NCBI GenBank assembly: GCA_028818695.1
Contig: JAPPNK010000011.1
Span: 72,572 to 136,571 of the forward strand
From: Candidatus Poribacteria bacterium
GTDB lineage: Bacteria; Poribacteria; WGA-4E; GCA-2687025
Length of the DNA stretch: 64,000 bases
Direction: 5' to 3'
Shown: positions 47,188 to 56,314 of the stretch, one piece after another
How the letters are laid out: each line of letters starts with the position of its first letter
Position numbering within the stretch: the first letter of the stretch is position 1
Made by a program: the position numbers and the translations under genes
Notes under the pieces: model-generated
Told to the model about the DNA's origin: nothing
Seen by the model: the letters and a program-made list of their open reading frames with translations, nothing else
Databases searched by the model: none

Positions 47188-48501
47188 ATGAAACATCTGT
47201 TTTGGACGGCATTGTGCGCGGTTGCGCTGTGCGCGCCCGGTCATCTTTTGGCGGAGTCGGCTCCGAAGCCGCTCGCGCTCATGGACGCCGAGGCGCTTTC
47301 GGCGGAGGAGGCGCGAACGACCGCCGACGCTACAGCGGCGCTGGAAGCGCGCCTTGAAAAACGCCTGCGGCAAGCGATCAACAAGCCGTTCTTCAACGGC
47401 GACGCCTTTTACCTGGGAAGCGCGGGCGTCGTTTTTGTCGCGAGGGTTCCATTCTTCTTGAACGGCGAGGCTGCGAACTCATCCGGCGATCTATGGGAGG
47501 AGGCGCGGCGCGATTTGACGCAAGGCGCCGACAAAAGCGCGGAAAGGACGGCGCTGTTGAAATCGGCGCTGGTTGAGGAGGTCCAAAACGCCGAATGGGA
47601 CGTCGAGTCTCTCGGTCCTCTCGCCGCCGTTGCGGTCGGCAAGGGGCATTCGATCTTGACCGTACGCAGGTCAGACGAGGTCTCTGTACAGTTCCACACG
47701 TTGGAAAACTCCCCGGCGCTAGAGGACGCGGCAACCATGGCGCGCGTCCTAGAAAAGACAGCGGGCGCGGACAACTCCGTCCACAACATCCGCGGCATTC
47801 CGATTGAGGGGTTCGGCATTCTGTTTGCGGCAGACGCGAAGATGCCGTTAGCGGCTCCGCCGCAAAACGACTCCGCGCAGACGCCGCTTGATACCGAAAC
47901 GCTCGAAGCGCAGAGCCACTTTTCAGAGTTGGACAATCTCTTGCGCGATCTTTTCGAGGAGAATTTGCCGGAAGATTTGGCGGTTCGCCCGTTCGTTCTG
48001 CGCCTAGAGGAGTTTCCAGAGCTGGACTTGAACTTCGAAGCGTTCAACTTGAAGCGGGAAGATTCCACGCAGGTTCCGTCTGAGCTGGAAGCGCAGATAA
48101 AAGGCCTTGTGGAAAGGATGCGTTCGTCTCGCTATGATACGGACGACGCGCTTCCGTTCGCGCTTCCGCGCCCGTATGACGCCGGCAAAGCGGAGGCGCT
48201 GACAACGCGGCTGATGGAAGCGTTGAAGCATGGCGCGCGCCTGCGGCTTGAACCGACGGAGACGGTCGCCGTCGCCATTCTCGGCGCCCCGACCTTTGAA
48301 ACGACAACGACGAAGACGCATGACAACTCCGAGGACGGGATTCAGTACCGCGCGTCGGTGACGGTCCTGTCGGGGCATGCGTTGACAAACACGTTCATGG
48401 CGTTTCGCGTTTCAAAAGATTCCATCGATCGGTTCGCGGCAGGGGAGCTGACGCTGGAGGCGCTGAAGAACGAAGCGCGCGTCGTGACAGGTATAGAATA
48501 A
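47188..48501 (+). CDS. Secreted protein, uncharacterised family (paralog 3, divergent)
   Basis: Start at the ATG at 47188 behind GGAAGGAGA (MKHLFWTALCAVALCAP signal peptide). Shares YLGSAGVVFVARVPF, DLWEEARRDL and MARVLEK blocks with paralogs 1 and 2. The 46579-47187 part of the track ORF is spurious. Confidence 0.7.
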   Translation: MKHLFWTALCAVALCAPGHLLAESAPKPLALMDAEALSAEEARTTADATAALEARLEKRLRQAINKPFFNGDAFYLGSAGVVFVARVPFFLNGEAANSSGDLWEEARRDLTQGADKSAERTALLKSALVEEVQNAEWDVESLGPLAAVAVGKGHSILTVRRSDEVSVQFHTLENSPALEDAATMARVLEKTAGADNSVHNIRGIPIEGFGILFAADAKMPLAAPPQNDSAQTPLDTETLEAQSHFSELDNLLRDLFEENLPEDLAVRPFVLRLEEFPELDLNFEAFNLKREDSTQVPSELEAQIKGLVERMRSSRYDTDDALPFALPRPYDAGKAEALTTRLMEALKHGARLRLEPTETVAVAILGAPTFETTTTKTHDNSEDGIQYRASVTVLSGHALTNTFMAFRVSKDSIDRFAAGELTLEALKNEARVVTGIE

Positions 48502-48511
48502 AACGCTGGAA

Positions 48512-48540
48512 GGGCCGAGTCTGTTATTCAGACTCGGCCC
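48512..48540. terminator. Bidirectional hairpin terminator between convergent paralog 3 and metH
   Basis: Perfect 12-bp stem GGGCCGAGTCTG / CAGACTCGGCCC with a 5-nt loop. A T-rich tail (GTTTTATT) follows on the minus-strand reading. Confidence 0.55.
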
Positions 48541-51500
48541 CCGTCTTAAAGTAGCGCGCCTCCGGATGATGAAACGCCAGCGCCGACACGCTCGCTTCAG
48601 GGTCCATCATGTGCGACTCTGTCAGATGAACGTTGATGCGTTCAGGCTTTAGCAGCCGCCACAGCTTCGTCTGATCGCTCATGTCGGGGCATGCGGGGTA
48701 TCCGAAGCTATACCGCTGCCCGCGGTAGCGCGATTGCATGATCTCTTTCATGGAAATGTCCGGCGGGTCGGGAAAACCCCACATTGCGCGGATGCGGCTA
48801 TGCAGCTTCTCCGCAAACGCCTCCGCCGTCTCATAGGCGAGCGCGCCGAGCGCGTGCGACAGCAGATACTCTCCCCGCTCCTTCAGCTCCGCCGCCTGAC
48901 GCATGACCCCCTCGCCTGCTGTTGTCACAAACAGCGCCAAGTTGTCTAAGCCGCCCTCCCACCCGACCGGACGCAGATAGTCGGCAAGGCAGAGCCGGTC
49001 ATGGTCCGGCTGGCGCGGGAACTCAAACCGCTCAACCGCCGTCTCTTTAGAGGGGCTGAAGACGAGGATCGCGTCGCCGTCCGCAGCGGCGCCGAAGAAC
49101 TGATACGCCGCTCTCGGCTGTATCCAGTTGTTGACGGACGCCAGCTCCAGCGTCTTGCGGACAAGGTCCCGCAGTTTCAGCGCCTTCGGGTCGCCCTCCG
49201 CCAGGTTGCGCTCAAAGTTGCCGCGGTATCCGAGCGCCCGCCCGTAGAGCATCTGCGGGTTGATCCATTCAAACAGCGCGTCCAGATCATCCTCTACGAT
49301 ATGCGCGTTCAGATTGGGCGGATTCGGCGGGTCGACAGGTTGAACCGCTTTGCTTGGCTTACGCGGCGCCGAGCGCGCTTTCCGCTCCGTTTTGACGGGC
49401 TTCTTCTCCTCCGCTTTTCTGGGTTGAAGCAGCTCCGCCCGCTTCTCCTCGTCCATGAGCGCATTTGCAAGGGCAAGCCCTTCCATCGCGTCCTTAGCGT
49501 AAAAGGCGCTCCCCGTTGTGTAGGCGGGGTCGATGCGCGTCTCGGTGAACCGCTTCGACAGCGCCGCGCCGCCGACCAGTATCGGTATCGAAACGCCTGC
49601 GCTGGCAAGGTCTTCCGCCGTCGCAACCATCTGGTGCGCCGACTTTACCAAAAGCCCCGACAGCCCGATGATGTCCGGATCGCTCTCATGGAACGCTTGA
49701 ATGATCGCCTCCGGCGGCGCCTTGATGCCGAGGTTGCGCACATGGTAGCCGTTGTTCGTGAGAATGATGTCGACCAGATTCTTGCCGATGTCATGGACAT
49801 CCCCCTTCACCGTGGCGAGAAGAACCGCGCCGCGCGCGCGCGCCTCGCCGCCTGTCTCCATATGCGGCTCCAAATGAGAGACGGCCGCTTTCATCGCCTC
49901 GGCGCTCTGGAGAACCTCCGCCACAATCAGCTCATTGTTGTTGAAGAGCCGCCCGACCTCGTCCATACCGCTCATGAGCGGGCCGTTCACAATATCAAGC
50001 GGCGCGCGGCTCTGCAGCGCCCTGTCCAGATCGGCTTGCATGCCCTCCTTGACGCCTTCGACAATGCGCCGCGCCAGCCGTTCGTCCAAGGAGAGGCCGC
50101 TCCATTCGTCCGCCTGCTTCTTCGCTTTTCTTTTGCGGTAGAAGTCGGAGAATTCGGCGATCGCTTCGGGCGAATTGTCAAAAATAAGCCGTTCCGAGAG
50201 CTCCCGTTCCTTTTCGGATATGGAGGCGTAACGCTCAATCCGCTCTGTGTTGACGATAGCTAGATCAAGCCCCGCGTTCGCGCAGTGGTACATAAAAACG
50301 GCGTTCAGGATTTCCCGCCCCGCAGCCGGCAAACCAAAGGAAACGTTCGAGATGCCGAGAATCGTTTTTGTCTGCGGAAATTCCTCCTTGATCCGCTCAA
50401 CCGCCTCAATAGTGTACTTGCCCGCATGCGCGTAATTCTCATCCCCCGCCCCGATGGGAAACACAAGCGGATCCCAAATAATATCCTCTTCAGGCACGTT
50501 GTAATCAAGCGTCAACAGAGCGTGGGATCGGCGGGCAATCTCCAGCTTCCGCTCAACCGTAACCCCCATCCCCTGCTCAGGATCCTCGTCAATGGTCCCA
50601 ACAATGAAGGCGGCGCCGTACCGCTTCCCAAGCGGAACAACCTGCTCAAACCGCTCCTCCCCGTCTTCAAGGTTGATCGAGTTGATAATCGATTTCCCTT
50701 GACACATCTTCAACGCCGTTTCGATGACAGCAGGATCGGTCGAGTCGATCATGAGCGGCAATTTCACAATTTTTGTTAAACAGCTCATGAACGCTTGAAT
50801 GTCCTCCTGCTCGTCCCTGTCGGGGTCTTGGAGGCAGATGTCTAAGATATTGGCGCCGCCGCGCGCCTGCTTTCGCCCGATTTCAGCCGCTTCTTCATAT
50901 TTTTCATCCGCAATCAGCCGCTTGAACCGCCGGCTCCCAAGCACATTCGTTCTTTCGCCGACAAAATACGGCTTCCCGTCCTCTTCAATCTCAAGATACT
51001 CAAGCCCAGACACATGCGTTTTGGAGTATGGACGGACGCGGCGCGGCTTTTTACGATCCAGCATCTCGTTGAAGGCGGCGATATGCGCAGGCGTTGTGCC
51101 GCAGCATCCGCCGAGAGCGTTCACCCATCCGTTCTCCACAAACCGCTCCAGCGTACGGGTCATACTCTCGGGCGTTTCAAGGTAATGTCCATTCTCGTCA
51201 GGCAAGCCCGCGTTCGGAACGACCGTAACGCGCGTCTGCGCAAGCTCGGCGGCGGCGCGCAGTCTGTCCGTCATAAACGCGGGGCCGGTCGCGCAGTTGA
51301 GACCGACGCTGAACGCCGGCAGATGCTCCACTGCCGCAATCAGCGCCTCAATCGTCTGTCCAGCAAGCGCCGTACCCATCATCTCGATGGTGCCGGAGAT
51401 CATGAGCGGCGCCTGTATGCCCGTCTCATTCATCGCTCTCATGACGCCCAGCGCGGCCGCCTTCAGGTTGAGCGCGTCCTGCGCCGTCTCAAGAAACAGC

Positions 51501-51979
51501 ATATCGACGCCGCCCTCCAGAAGTCCGAGCGCCTGCTCCCAATACGCCTCTTCCACCTCGTCCCATGTGACGCCGCCAGTGAGCGAGATCGACCGCGTCC
51601 CAGGACCCATCGACCCGGCGACCAGCCGCGGCTTCGAGTCGGAATAGGCGTCCGCGGCTCTGCGGGCGATCTGCGCGGCAGCCCTGTTGATCGAAACCGC
51701 CTGCTCCTGCAGGTCGTACTCCGCCAGAACGACGCTGGTCGCTCCAAAGCTGTTCGTTTCGATGATGTCAGCCCCCGCCTCCAAAAAAGACCGGTGGATC
51801 TGTTCAATAGCTTCAGGCTTGACAAGGCACAGATGCTCGTTGCAGCCGTCCAGACTCGCCCCCCCAAAATCGTCGGGCGACAGATCCAGCGCCTGTATGC
51901 TCGTTCCCATCGCCCCGTCGATGAGCATCACCCGCTCGCTAAACATCTCTTCGATTTCGCGCGTCTTCCAAACAGCCAT
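48524..51979 (-). CDS. metH: Cobalamin-dependent methionine synthase
   Basis: 1151 aa with Hcy-methyltransferase, pterin-binding, B12-binding (DxHxxG region) and AdoMet-activation domains in canonical order. Confidence 0.9.
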   Translation of the reverse strand: MAVWKTREIEEMFSERVMLIDGAMGTSIQALDLSPDDFGGASLDGCNEHLCLVKPEAIEQIHRSFLEAGADIIETNSFGATSVVLAEYDLQEQAVSINRAAAQIARRAADAYSDSKPRLVAGSMGPGTRSISLTGGVTWDEVEEAYWEQALGLLEGGVDMLFLETAQDALNLKAAALGVMRAMNETGIQAPLMISGTIEMMGTALAGQTIEALIAAVEHLPAFSVGLNCATGPAFMTDRLRAAAELAQTRVTVVPNAGLPDENGHYLETPESMTRTLERFVENGWVNALGGCCGTTPAHIAAFNEMLDRKKPRRVRPYSKTHVSGLEYLEIEEDGKPYFVGERTNVLGSRRFKRLIADEKYEEAAEIGRKQARGGANILDICLQDPDRDEQEDIQAFMSCLTKIVKLPLMIDSTDPAVIETALKMCQGKSIINSINLEDGEERFEQVVPLGKRYGAAFIVGTIDEDPEQGMGVTVERKLEIARRSHALLTLDYNVPEEDIIWDPLVFPIGAGDENYAHAGKYTIEAVERIKEEFPQTKTILGISNVSFGLPAAGREILNAVFMYHCANAGLDLAIVNTERIERYASISEKERELSERLIFDNSPEAIAEFSDFYRKRKAKKQADEWSGLSLDERLARRIVEGVKEGMQADLDRALQSRAPLDIVNGPLMSGMDEVGRLFNNNELIVAEVLQSAEAMKAAVSHLEPHMETGGEARARGAVLLATVKGDVHDIGKNLVDIILTNNGYHVRNLGIKAPPEAIIQAFHESDPDIIGLSGLLVKSAHQMVATAEDLASAGVSIPILVGGAALSKRFTETRIDPAYTTGSAFYAKDAMEGLALANALMDEEKRAELLQPRKAEEKKPVKTERKARSAPRKPSKAVQPVDPPNPPNLNAHIVEDDLDALFEWINPQMLYGRALGYRGNFERNLAEGDPKALKLRDLVRKTLELASVNNWIQPRAAYQFFGAAADGDAILVFSPSKETAVERFEFPRQPDHDRLCLADYLRPVGWEGGLDNLALFVTTAGEGVMRQAAELKERGEYLLSHALGALAYETAEAFAEKLHSRIRAMWGFPDPPDISMKEIMQSRYRGQRYSFGYPACPDMSDQTKLWRLLKPERINVHLTESHMMDPEASVSALAFHHPEARYFKTGAESE

Positions 51980-51996
51980 CGGTTCGCTTTCAGCGT

Positions 51997-53832
51997 TTAA
52001 GTTTGGAGCCGTATATGTTCAATCAGCTCAAGCGCCATGCTGTACCGCCGCAGCATCGGTATGATATAAATCCCCTTGAAGCCGATCTCAAGTATCTGGT
52101 CAATCTGCTCTTTGGCGATCTGGACGCCTTCTCGCAGAGCGGCGGCGGCGTCCGGCGCATTCGCCATGCGCCTCCGCGTTTCGTCCGATAGGTTGATGCC
52201 CGGCACCTCGTTATGAAGAAACTCGGCGTTTCGCGCGCTCACCAGCGGAATGACGCCGACAAACATTTCGATCTCCATCTCCGCCGTCTGCTGTTTCAGG
52301 TCCTGCAGAATATGAACGTCGGCGGGCGGCTGCGTCATGGCAAAGACGGCGCCGAGGCTCCGCTTTTTTTCAAGCCGGCGTATTTCGCCTGCCAGCTTGT
52401 GTCGATTCGGGTTGACGCCGCACCCGATGATGAACCGAGTCGGCTTATCGATCGATTCGCCGCGCAGGTTCTCGCCGGCGTTCAGGCGGTTCATCATATC
52501 GATCAGCCCAAACGAGTTCATGTCAAACACGGAGGAGCCTTCATGCCCCCCAAGCGACATCGGATCGCCGGTGATGGCAAGCACATGGTTGATGCCGAGA
52601 ATATACCCGCCCATCAGTTCCGACTGCTGCCCGATCAGGTTGCGGTCTCGGCAGGTGCAGTGGCAGATGGCGGGAAGACCCGCGACGCGCTGAATAAGCC
52701 GACTGAGCGCCCAGCTGCTCATTCTTGGGGACGCGAGCTGGTTTTCGGCGACGCTCACCGCGTCCGCGCCCGCCGCCGCCAACTTCTCGGAGGCGCGCAC
52801 CGCGCTGTCGACGTTCAGCCCCTTTGGCGGGTCCACCTCCACGATGATCTTCACATCCCGATCTTTGCGTTCAAGAAAATTCGGCGGCGGCGGAACGGCG
52901 GAGCTGAGCCGCTTGCTTTTGCTTCGCAGCCCCGTCTTGGAGCGGCTTGTCGATTTTCTCTTTTGCCTCGGCGTCGGCTCGCGCCGTCCGATCTGAGACC
53001 TAACGGCGCGGATATGTTCAGGCGTCGTGCCGCAGCATCCGCCGACAAGATTAGCCCCCGCCTCCGCCATTTTTATCGCCATCTCAGCAAAATACGGGAC
53101 ATTGTTCGCATAAATATACCGCCCCTCAACATAGGTCGGAAAGCTCGCGTTCGCGTGGGCGGCAAGCGGAGCCGTTGTCGAAGCGGCGAACGCCTGAACC
53201 GCTTTGAGCGCGGCGGTCGGCCCGCCCGTTCCGCAGTTGACGCCAACCGCGTCAGCCCCCGCCTCCAGCAGCGCCTCCACAATGCGCTTCGGCTCCGCCT
53301 CCTCCTGCGCGCTCGCCGCAATCTGCGCGATGACCGGCAAATCCGCGGCTCGATTCGCGGCGGAGACAGCCGCAGTCAATTCGTCAAGACGAACAAAGGT
53401 CTCAATGATAAAAGCGTCCGCGCCCCCCTCGGCGAGCGCGTCCGCCTGCTCCTCAAACACATCGGACGGGGAGCGGCTCTCCTGCGCCTTCGGATCGCCG
53501 GTCGGTCCGATCGATCCGAGAACATAGGCGCGGCCTGCAGCGGCTTCGCGGGCGATCTGCGCCCCGGCGATGTTGATCTGCCGCGTCTGATCGGCATGCC
53601 CCGCAGAGAGAAGCTTGACGCGGTTCGCGCCGAAGGTGTTTGTCTCGATGGTCTGCGCCCCCGCCTCGATATACTCTCGATGAACCTCCATAATGAGCCG
53701 CGGATTGGTCAGATTCAACAGATCGAACGCGGTCTCCAACGGCAAACCTTTTGTATGGAGATACGCGCCCATTCCGCCGTCGCCGACAAGTATTTCCGTT
53801 CGCATGCGCTCGATCAGGTTGCGCAGGGGCAT
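51997..53832 (-). CDS. Bifunctional homocysteine S-methyltransferase / 5,10-methylenetetrahydrofolate reductase (YitJ-like)
   Basis: N-terminal Hcy-binding domain (GDGGMGAYL...) fused to a C-terminal MetF/MTHFR domain (KIIVEVDPPKG...CHCTCRDRNLIGQQ). Confidence 0.8.
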   Translation of the reverse strand: MPLRNLIERMRTEILVGDGGMGAYLHTKGLPLETAFDLLNLTNPRLIMEVHREYIEAGAQTIETNTFGANRVKLLSAGHADQTRQINIAGAQIAREAAAGRAYVLGSIGPTGDPKAQESRSPSDVFEEQADALAEGGADAFIIETFVRLDELTAAVSAANRAADLPVIAQIAASAQEEAEPKRIVEALLEAGADAVGVNCGTGGPTAALKAVQAFAASTTAPLAAHANASFPTYVEGRYIYANNVPYFAEMAIKMAEAGANLVGGCCGTTPEHIRAVRSQIGRREPTPRQKRKSTSRSKTGLRSKSKRLSSAVPPPPNFLERKDRDVKIIVEVDPPKGLNVDSAVRASEKLAAAGADAVSVAENQLASPRMSSWALSRLIQRVAGLPAICHCTCRDRNLIGQQSELMGGYILGINHVLAITGDPMSLGGHEGSSVFDMNSFGLIDMMNRLNAGENLRGESIDKPTRFIIGCGVNPNRHKLAGEIRRLEKKRSLGAVFAMTQPPADVHILQDLKQQTAEMEIEMFVGVIPLVSARNAEFLHNEVPGINLSDETRRRMANAPDAAAALREGVQIAKEQIDQILEIGFKGIYIIPMLRRYSMALELIEHIRLQT

Positions 53833-53849
53833 GCCTTTCTAAAAGAAAA

Positions 53850-54635
53850 CTAGGTCGATTTATGAACGGTCGCTTTCGCTTTTTGGGCGGTTTCGATAGC
53901 CTCTCTCAGGGTGAAGACGCCTTGATAGAGCGCCATGCCGGTGATGAGACCCTCGATGCCGGGCGATTCGGCGTTGGCGGCGTTTTCAATGTCTTGAAGC
54001 GAATTGACGCCGCCGGAGCCGATGACCGGTATCGAGACGGAGCTGGCGATCTTGACGGTCGCCTCAATGTTATGCCCGGTGAGCATGCCGTCGCGCCCGA
54101 TGTCCGTATAAATGATCGCGCCGGCTCCGAGCCGTTCGGCGTCTTGAGCGAATTCAATAGCGGGAATGTCCGTCACATCGCGCCAGCCCCGCGCGGCGAC
54201 GAAGCCGTCCCGCGCGTCAATGCCGACCGCCACCCGATTCGGAAACCTTTTCGCAAGCTGGGCGACCATCTCCGGTTGTTCAACGGCGGCGGTTCCGATG
54301 ATGACCCGCTGAATCCCAGCGTCGAACGCCGCCTCGACCTGTTCAGGACCTCGAAGCCCCCCGCCGAGCTGCGTCGGCCTGTTGACCGACTGGGCAATGT
54401 TTCGAATCGCTTCGGCGTTGCGGGGCTGCCCCGAAAAGGCGCCGTCCAGATCCACAATATGCAGCCATTCCGCGCCCTGTTCCGCCCACTTTTGCGCCAT
54501 TCTCACCGGATCGTCCGCAAACACGATCTCCTTATTCGGATCCCCCTGCTGAAGACGCACGCACCGCCCCCCTAGCATATCAATCGCTGGATAGATCGTC
54601 ATCGCTCTCGCCCTCCGCTCGCTCTTGCGTTCCAT
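53850..54635 (-). CDS. hisA: HisA-type ProFAR isomerase
   Basis: IYPAIDMLGGRCVRLQQGD N-terminus and (beta/alpha)8 HisA layout. Confidence 0.8.
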   Translation of the reverse strand: MERKSERRARAMTIYPAIDMLGGRCVRLQQGDPNKEIVFADDPVRMAQKWAEQGAEWLHIVDLDGAFSGQPRNAEAIRNIAQSVNRPTQLGGGLRGPEQVEAAFDAGIQRVIIGTAAVEQPEMVAQLAKRFPNRVAVGIDARDGFVAARGWRDVTDIPAIEFAQDAERLGAGAIIYTDIGRDGMLTGHNIEATVKIASSVSIPVIGSGGVNSLQDIENAANAESPGIEGLITGMALYQGVFTLREAIETAQKAKATVHKST

Positions 54636-54771
54636 TCTCTTTTGTGTTAATATTGCCTCAATGAACGCGTCTTGTCATCTCTAATTGCTGTACTCCGTTT
54701 CTAGTTGGGAAATGAAAGTAGATTCCTTGCTTCAACCGCTGACCGATGTTGCTGATATATAGGAGGCAAAT

Positions 54772-55518
54772 TTGCCAAACCGACCCGTCATTGGAATCAC
54801 CTGCCAGCTGGACCCTGCCGAGGGGGTGCGCGATCCGAACCGCATAAACGGAACGCATCGTCTGCCGGACGATTATGCGCGAAGCGTCTGGACGGCGGGG
54901 GGAACGCCGCTGCTCCTGCCGACCGCGACCGACCCTGAAGCGGCGGAGGCTTACGCGGACGCGGCGGACGGCATCGTCTTTTCAGGCGGAGGCGACATCG
55001 CCGCGCATCTACTGGGCGAGGAACCGGCGCCGGGGCTGGGGAAAATCGACCCGCTGCGGGATGTGTTTGAGCTGAACCTGTGCCGCCTCGCGCTTGAACG
55101 GGACATGCCTGTCTTGGGCATATGCAAGGGGATTCAGATACTGAACGTTGCCGCCGGCGGCTCTGTCATCCAGGACATCCCCTCGGTCGTTCCAAAGCCG
55201 ATACAGCATGTCCAAAAAGCGCCTGTCTGGCTGGGAGTCCATATGGTGAAGGTTGAGAGCGGGAGCCTGCTGGCTGAAGCGTTCGGCTCGCTGACGTTCC
55301 GCGTCAATTCTTTTCATCATCAGGCTGCCGCGGATGTTCCAGAGCCGTTTCATGCGACCTCGCATTCCATTGACGGCGTCATTGAAGGCATTGAGAGCCG
55401 CGCGCATCGGTTCGCGGCAGGCGTTCAGTGGCACCCTGAGTCGATGTGCGAATCGCTTGAAGAGGCGCGGCGCCTGTTTCGGGCGCTGGTGGAAGCTGCG
55501 CAAGTCGGCGCGGATTGA
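54772..55518 (+). CDS. Class I glutamine amidotransferase, peptidase C26 (gamma-glutamyl-GABA hydrolase-like)
   Basis: GICKGIQILNVAAGGS catalytic Cys region and His/Glu pair. TTG start behind AGGAGG. Confidence 0.75.
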   Translation: MPNRPVIGITCQLDPAEGVRDPNRINGTHRLPDDYARSVWTAGGTPLLLPTATDPEAAEAYADAADGIVFSGGGDIAAHLLGEEPAPGLGKIDPLRDVFELNLCRLALERDMPVLGICKGIQILNVAAGGSVIQDIPSVVPKPIQHVQKAPVWLGVHMVKVESGSLLAEAFGSLTFRVNSFHHQAAADVPEPFHATSHSIDGVIEGIESRAHRFAAGVQWHPESMCESLEEARRLFRALVEAAQVGAD

Positions 55519-56297
55519 TGCGCCAGCGTCTGTTAACGGCTGCCGTACTGCTCCCGATCGGGCTGGTTATCTTATGGTTCGATCCATGGGGCGTTTCGGC
55601 GGCGGCGCTGTTATGCGCGCTTTCGGCTGGAATGTGCTGGGAATACGGCGGAATCGCGTCCGAGGCGGGCGCGCCGCTCAACCGCATAGAGCGGGGCTGG
55701 GCGGCGCTGGCTGCAGGAACAGCGGCGCTCTTCGGCGACTGGGTCGGACTGCTTGCGTTAGGCTCGCTCGTCCCGGTCGCCTTCAAAGGCTCCGTCGATA
55801 CGTTTTTGAAGCGGTCCAGCTGCGTCCTCTTCGGCGTCGTTCTGTTCGGATGGTGTTTTGGATGGAACGGCATGCGGCTGCATCGCCTAGACGGGGAGCG
55901 GTGGCTCCTGTTGACCGCCTTGACGGTGTGGATATGCGACTCGGCGGCGTACTTCGTCGGGCGGTATTTGGGCAAGCGTCCTCTGGCGCCGAATGTCAGC
56001 GGACGGAAAACATGGGAGGGGTTTGCGGCAGGTTTTGCGGGAGCCGCGGCTGCCGGCTGGCTTGCCGGCGCTTGGCTTGGCGTTATCGAATGGAAGGCGG
56101 GGCTTGGCGCGGGAATGATTGTCGGTCTGGTCGCCCCAATGAGCGACCTGTTCGCCTCGGCGTTGAAACGCAGCGGGGGCGTCAAAGATTCGGGCGCGCT
56201 GTTTCCAGGGCATGGCGGTTTTTTAGACCGATTCGATAGCTTCGTATTCACGCTCCCAGCGCTGTATTATTATTGGTCCTGGCTCTCCAATTTGTAA
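55515..56297 (+). CDS. cdsA: Phosphatidate cytidylyltransferase
   Basis: C-terminal CdsA signature (SALKRSGGVKDSGALFPGHGGFLDRFDS). Confidence 0.85.
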   Translation: MMRQRLLTAAVLLPIGLVILWFDPWGVSAAALLCALSAGMCWEYGGIASEAGAPLNRIERGWAALAAGTAALFGDWVGLLALGSLVPVAFKGSVDTFLKRSSCVLFGVVLFGWCFGWNGMRLHRLDGERWLLLTALTVWICDSAAYFVGRYLGKRPLAPNVSGRKTWEGFAAGFAGAAAAGWLAGAWLGVIEWKAGLGAGMIVGLVAPMSDLFASALKRSGGVKDSGALFPGHGGFLDRFDSFVFTLPALYYYWSWLSNL

Positions 56298-56314
56298 ACG
56301 AACGAATTGAGGCG

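Noticed and set aside
54636-54771. SAM or cobalamin riboswitch in the leader of the hisA-yitJ-metH operon
   Set aside because: The reverse-complemented leader lacks the conserved SAM-I or B12 consensus stretches. No convincing multi-stem structure was seen by eye.
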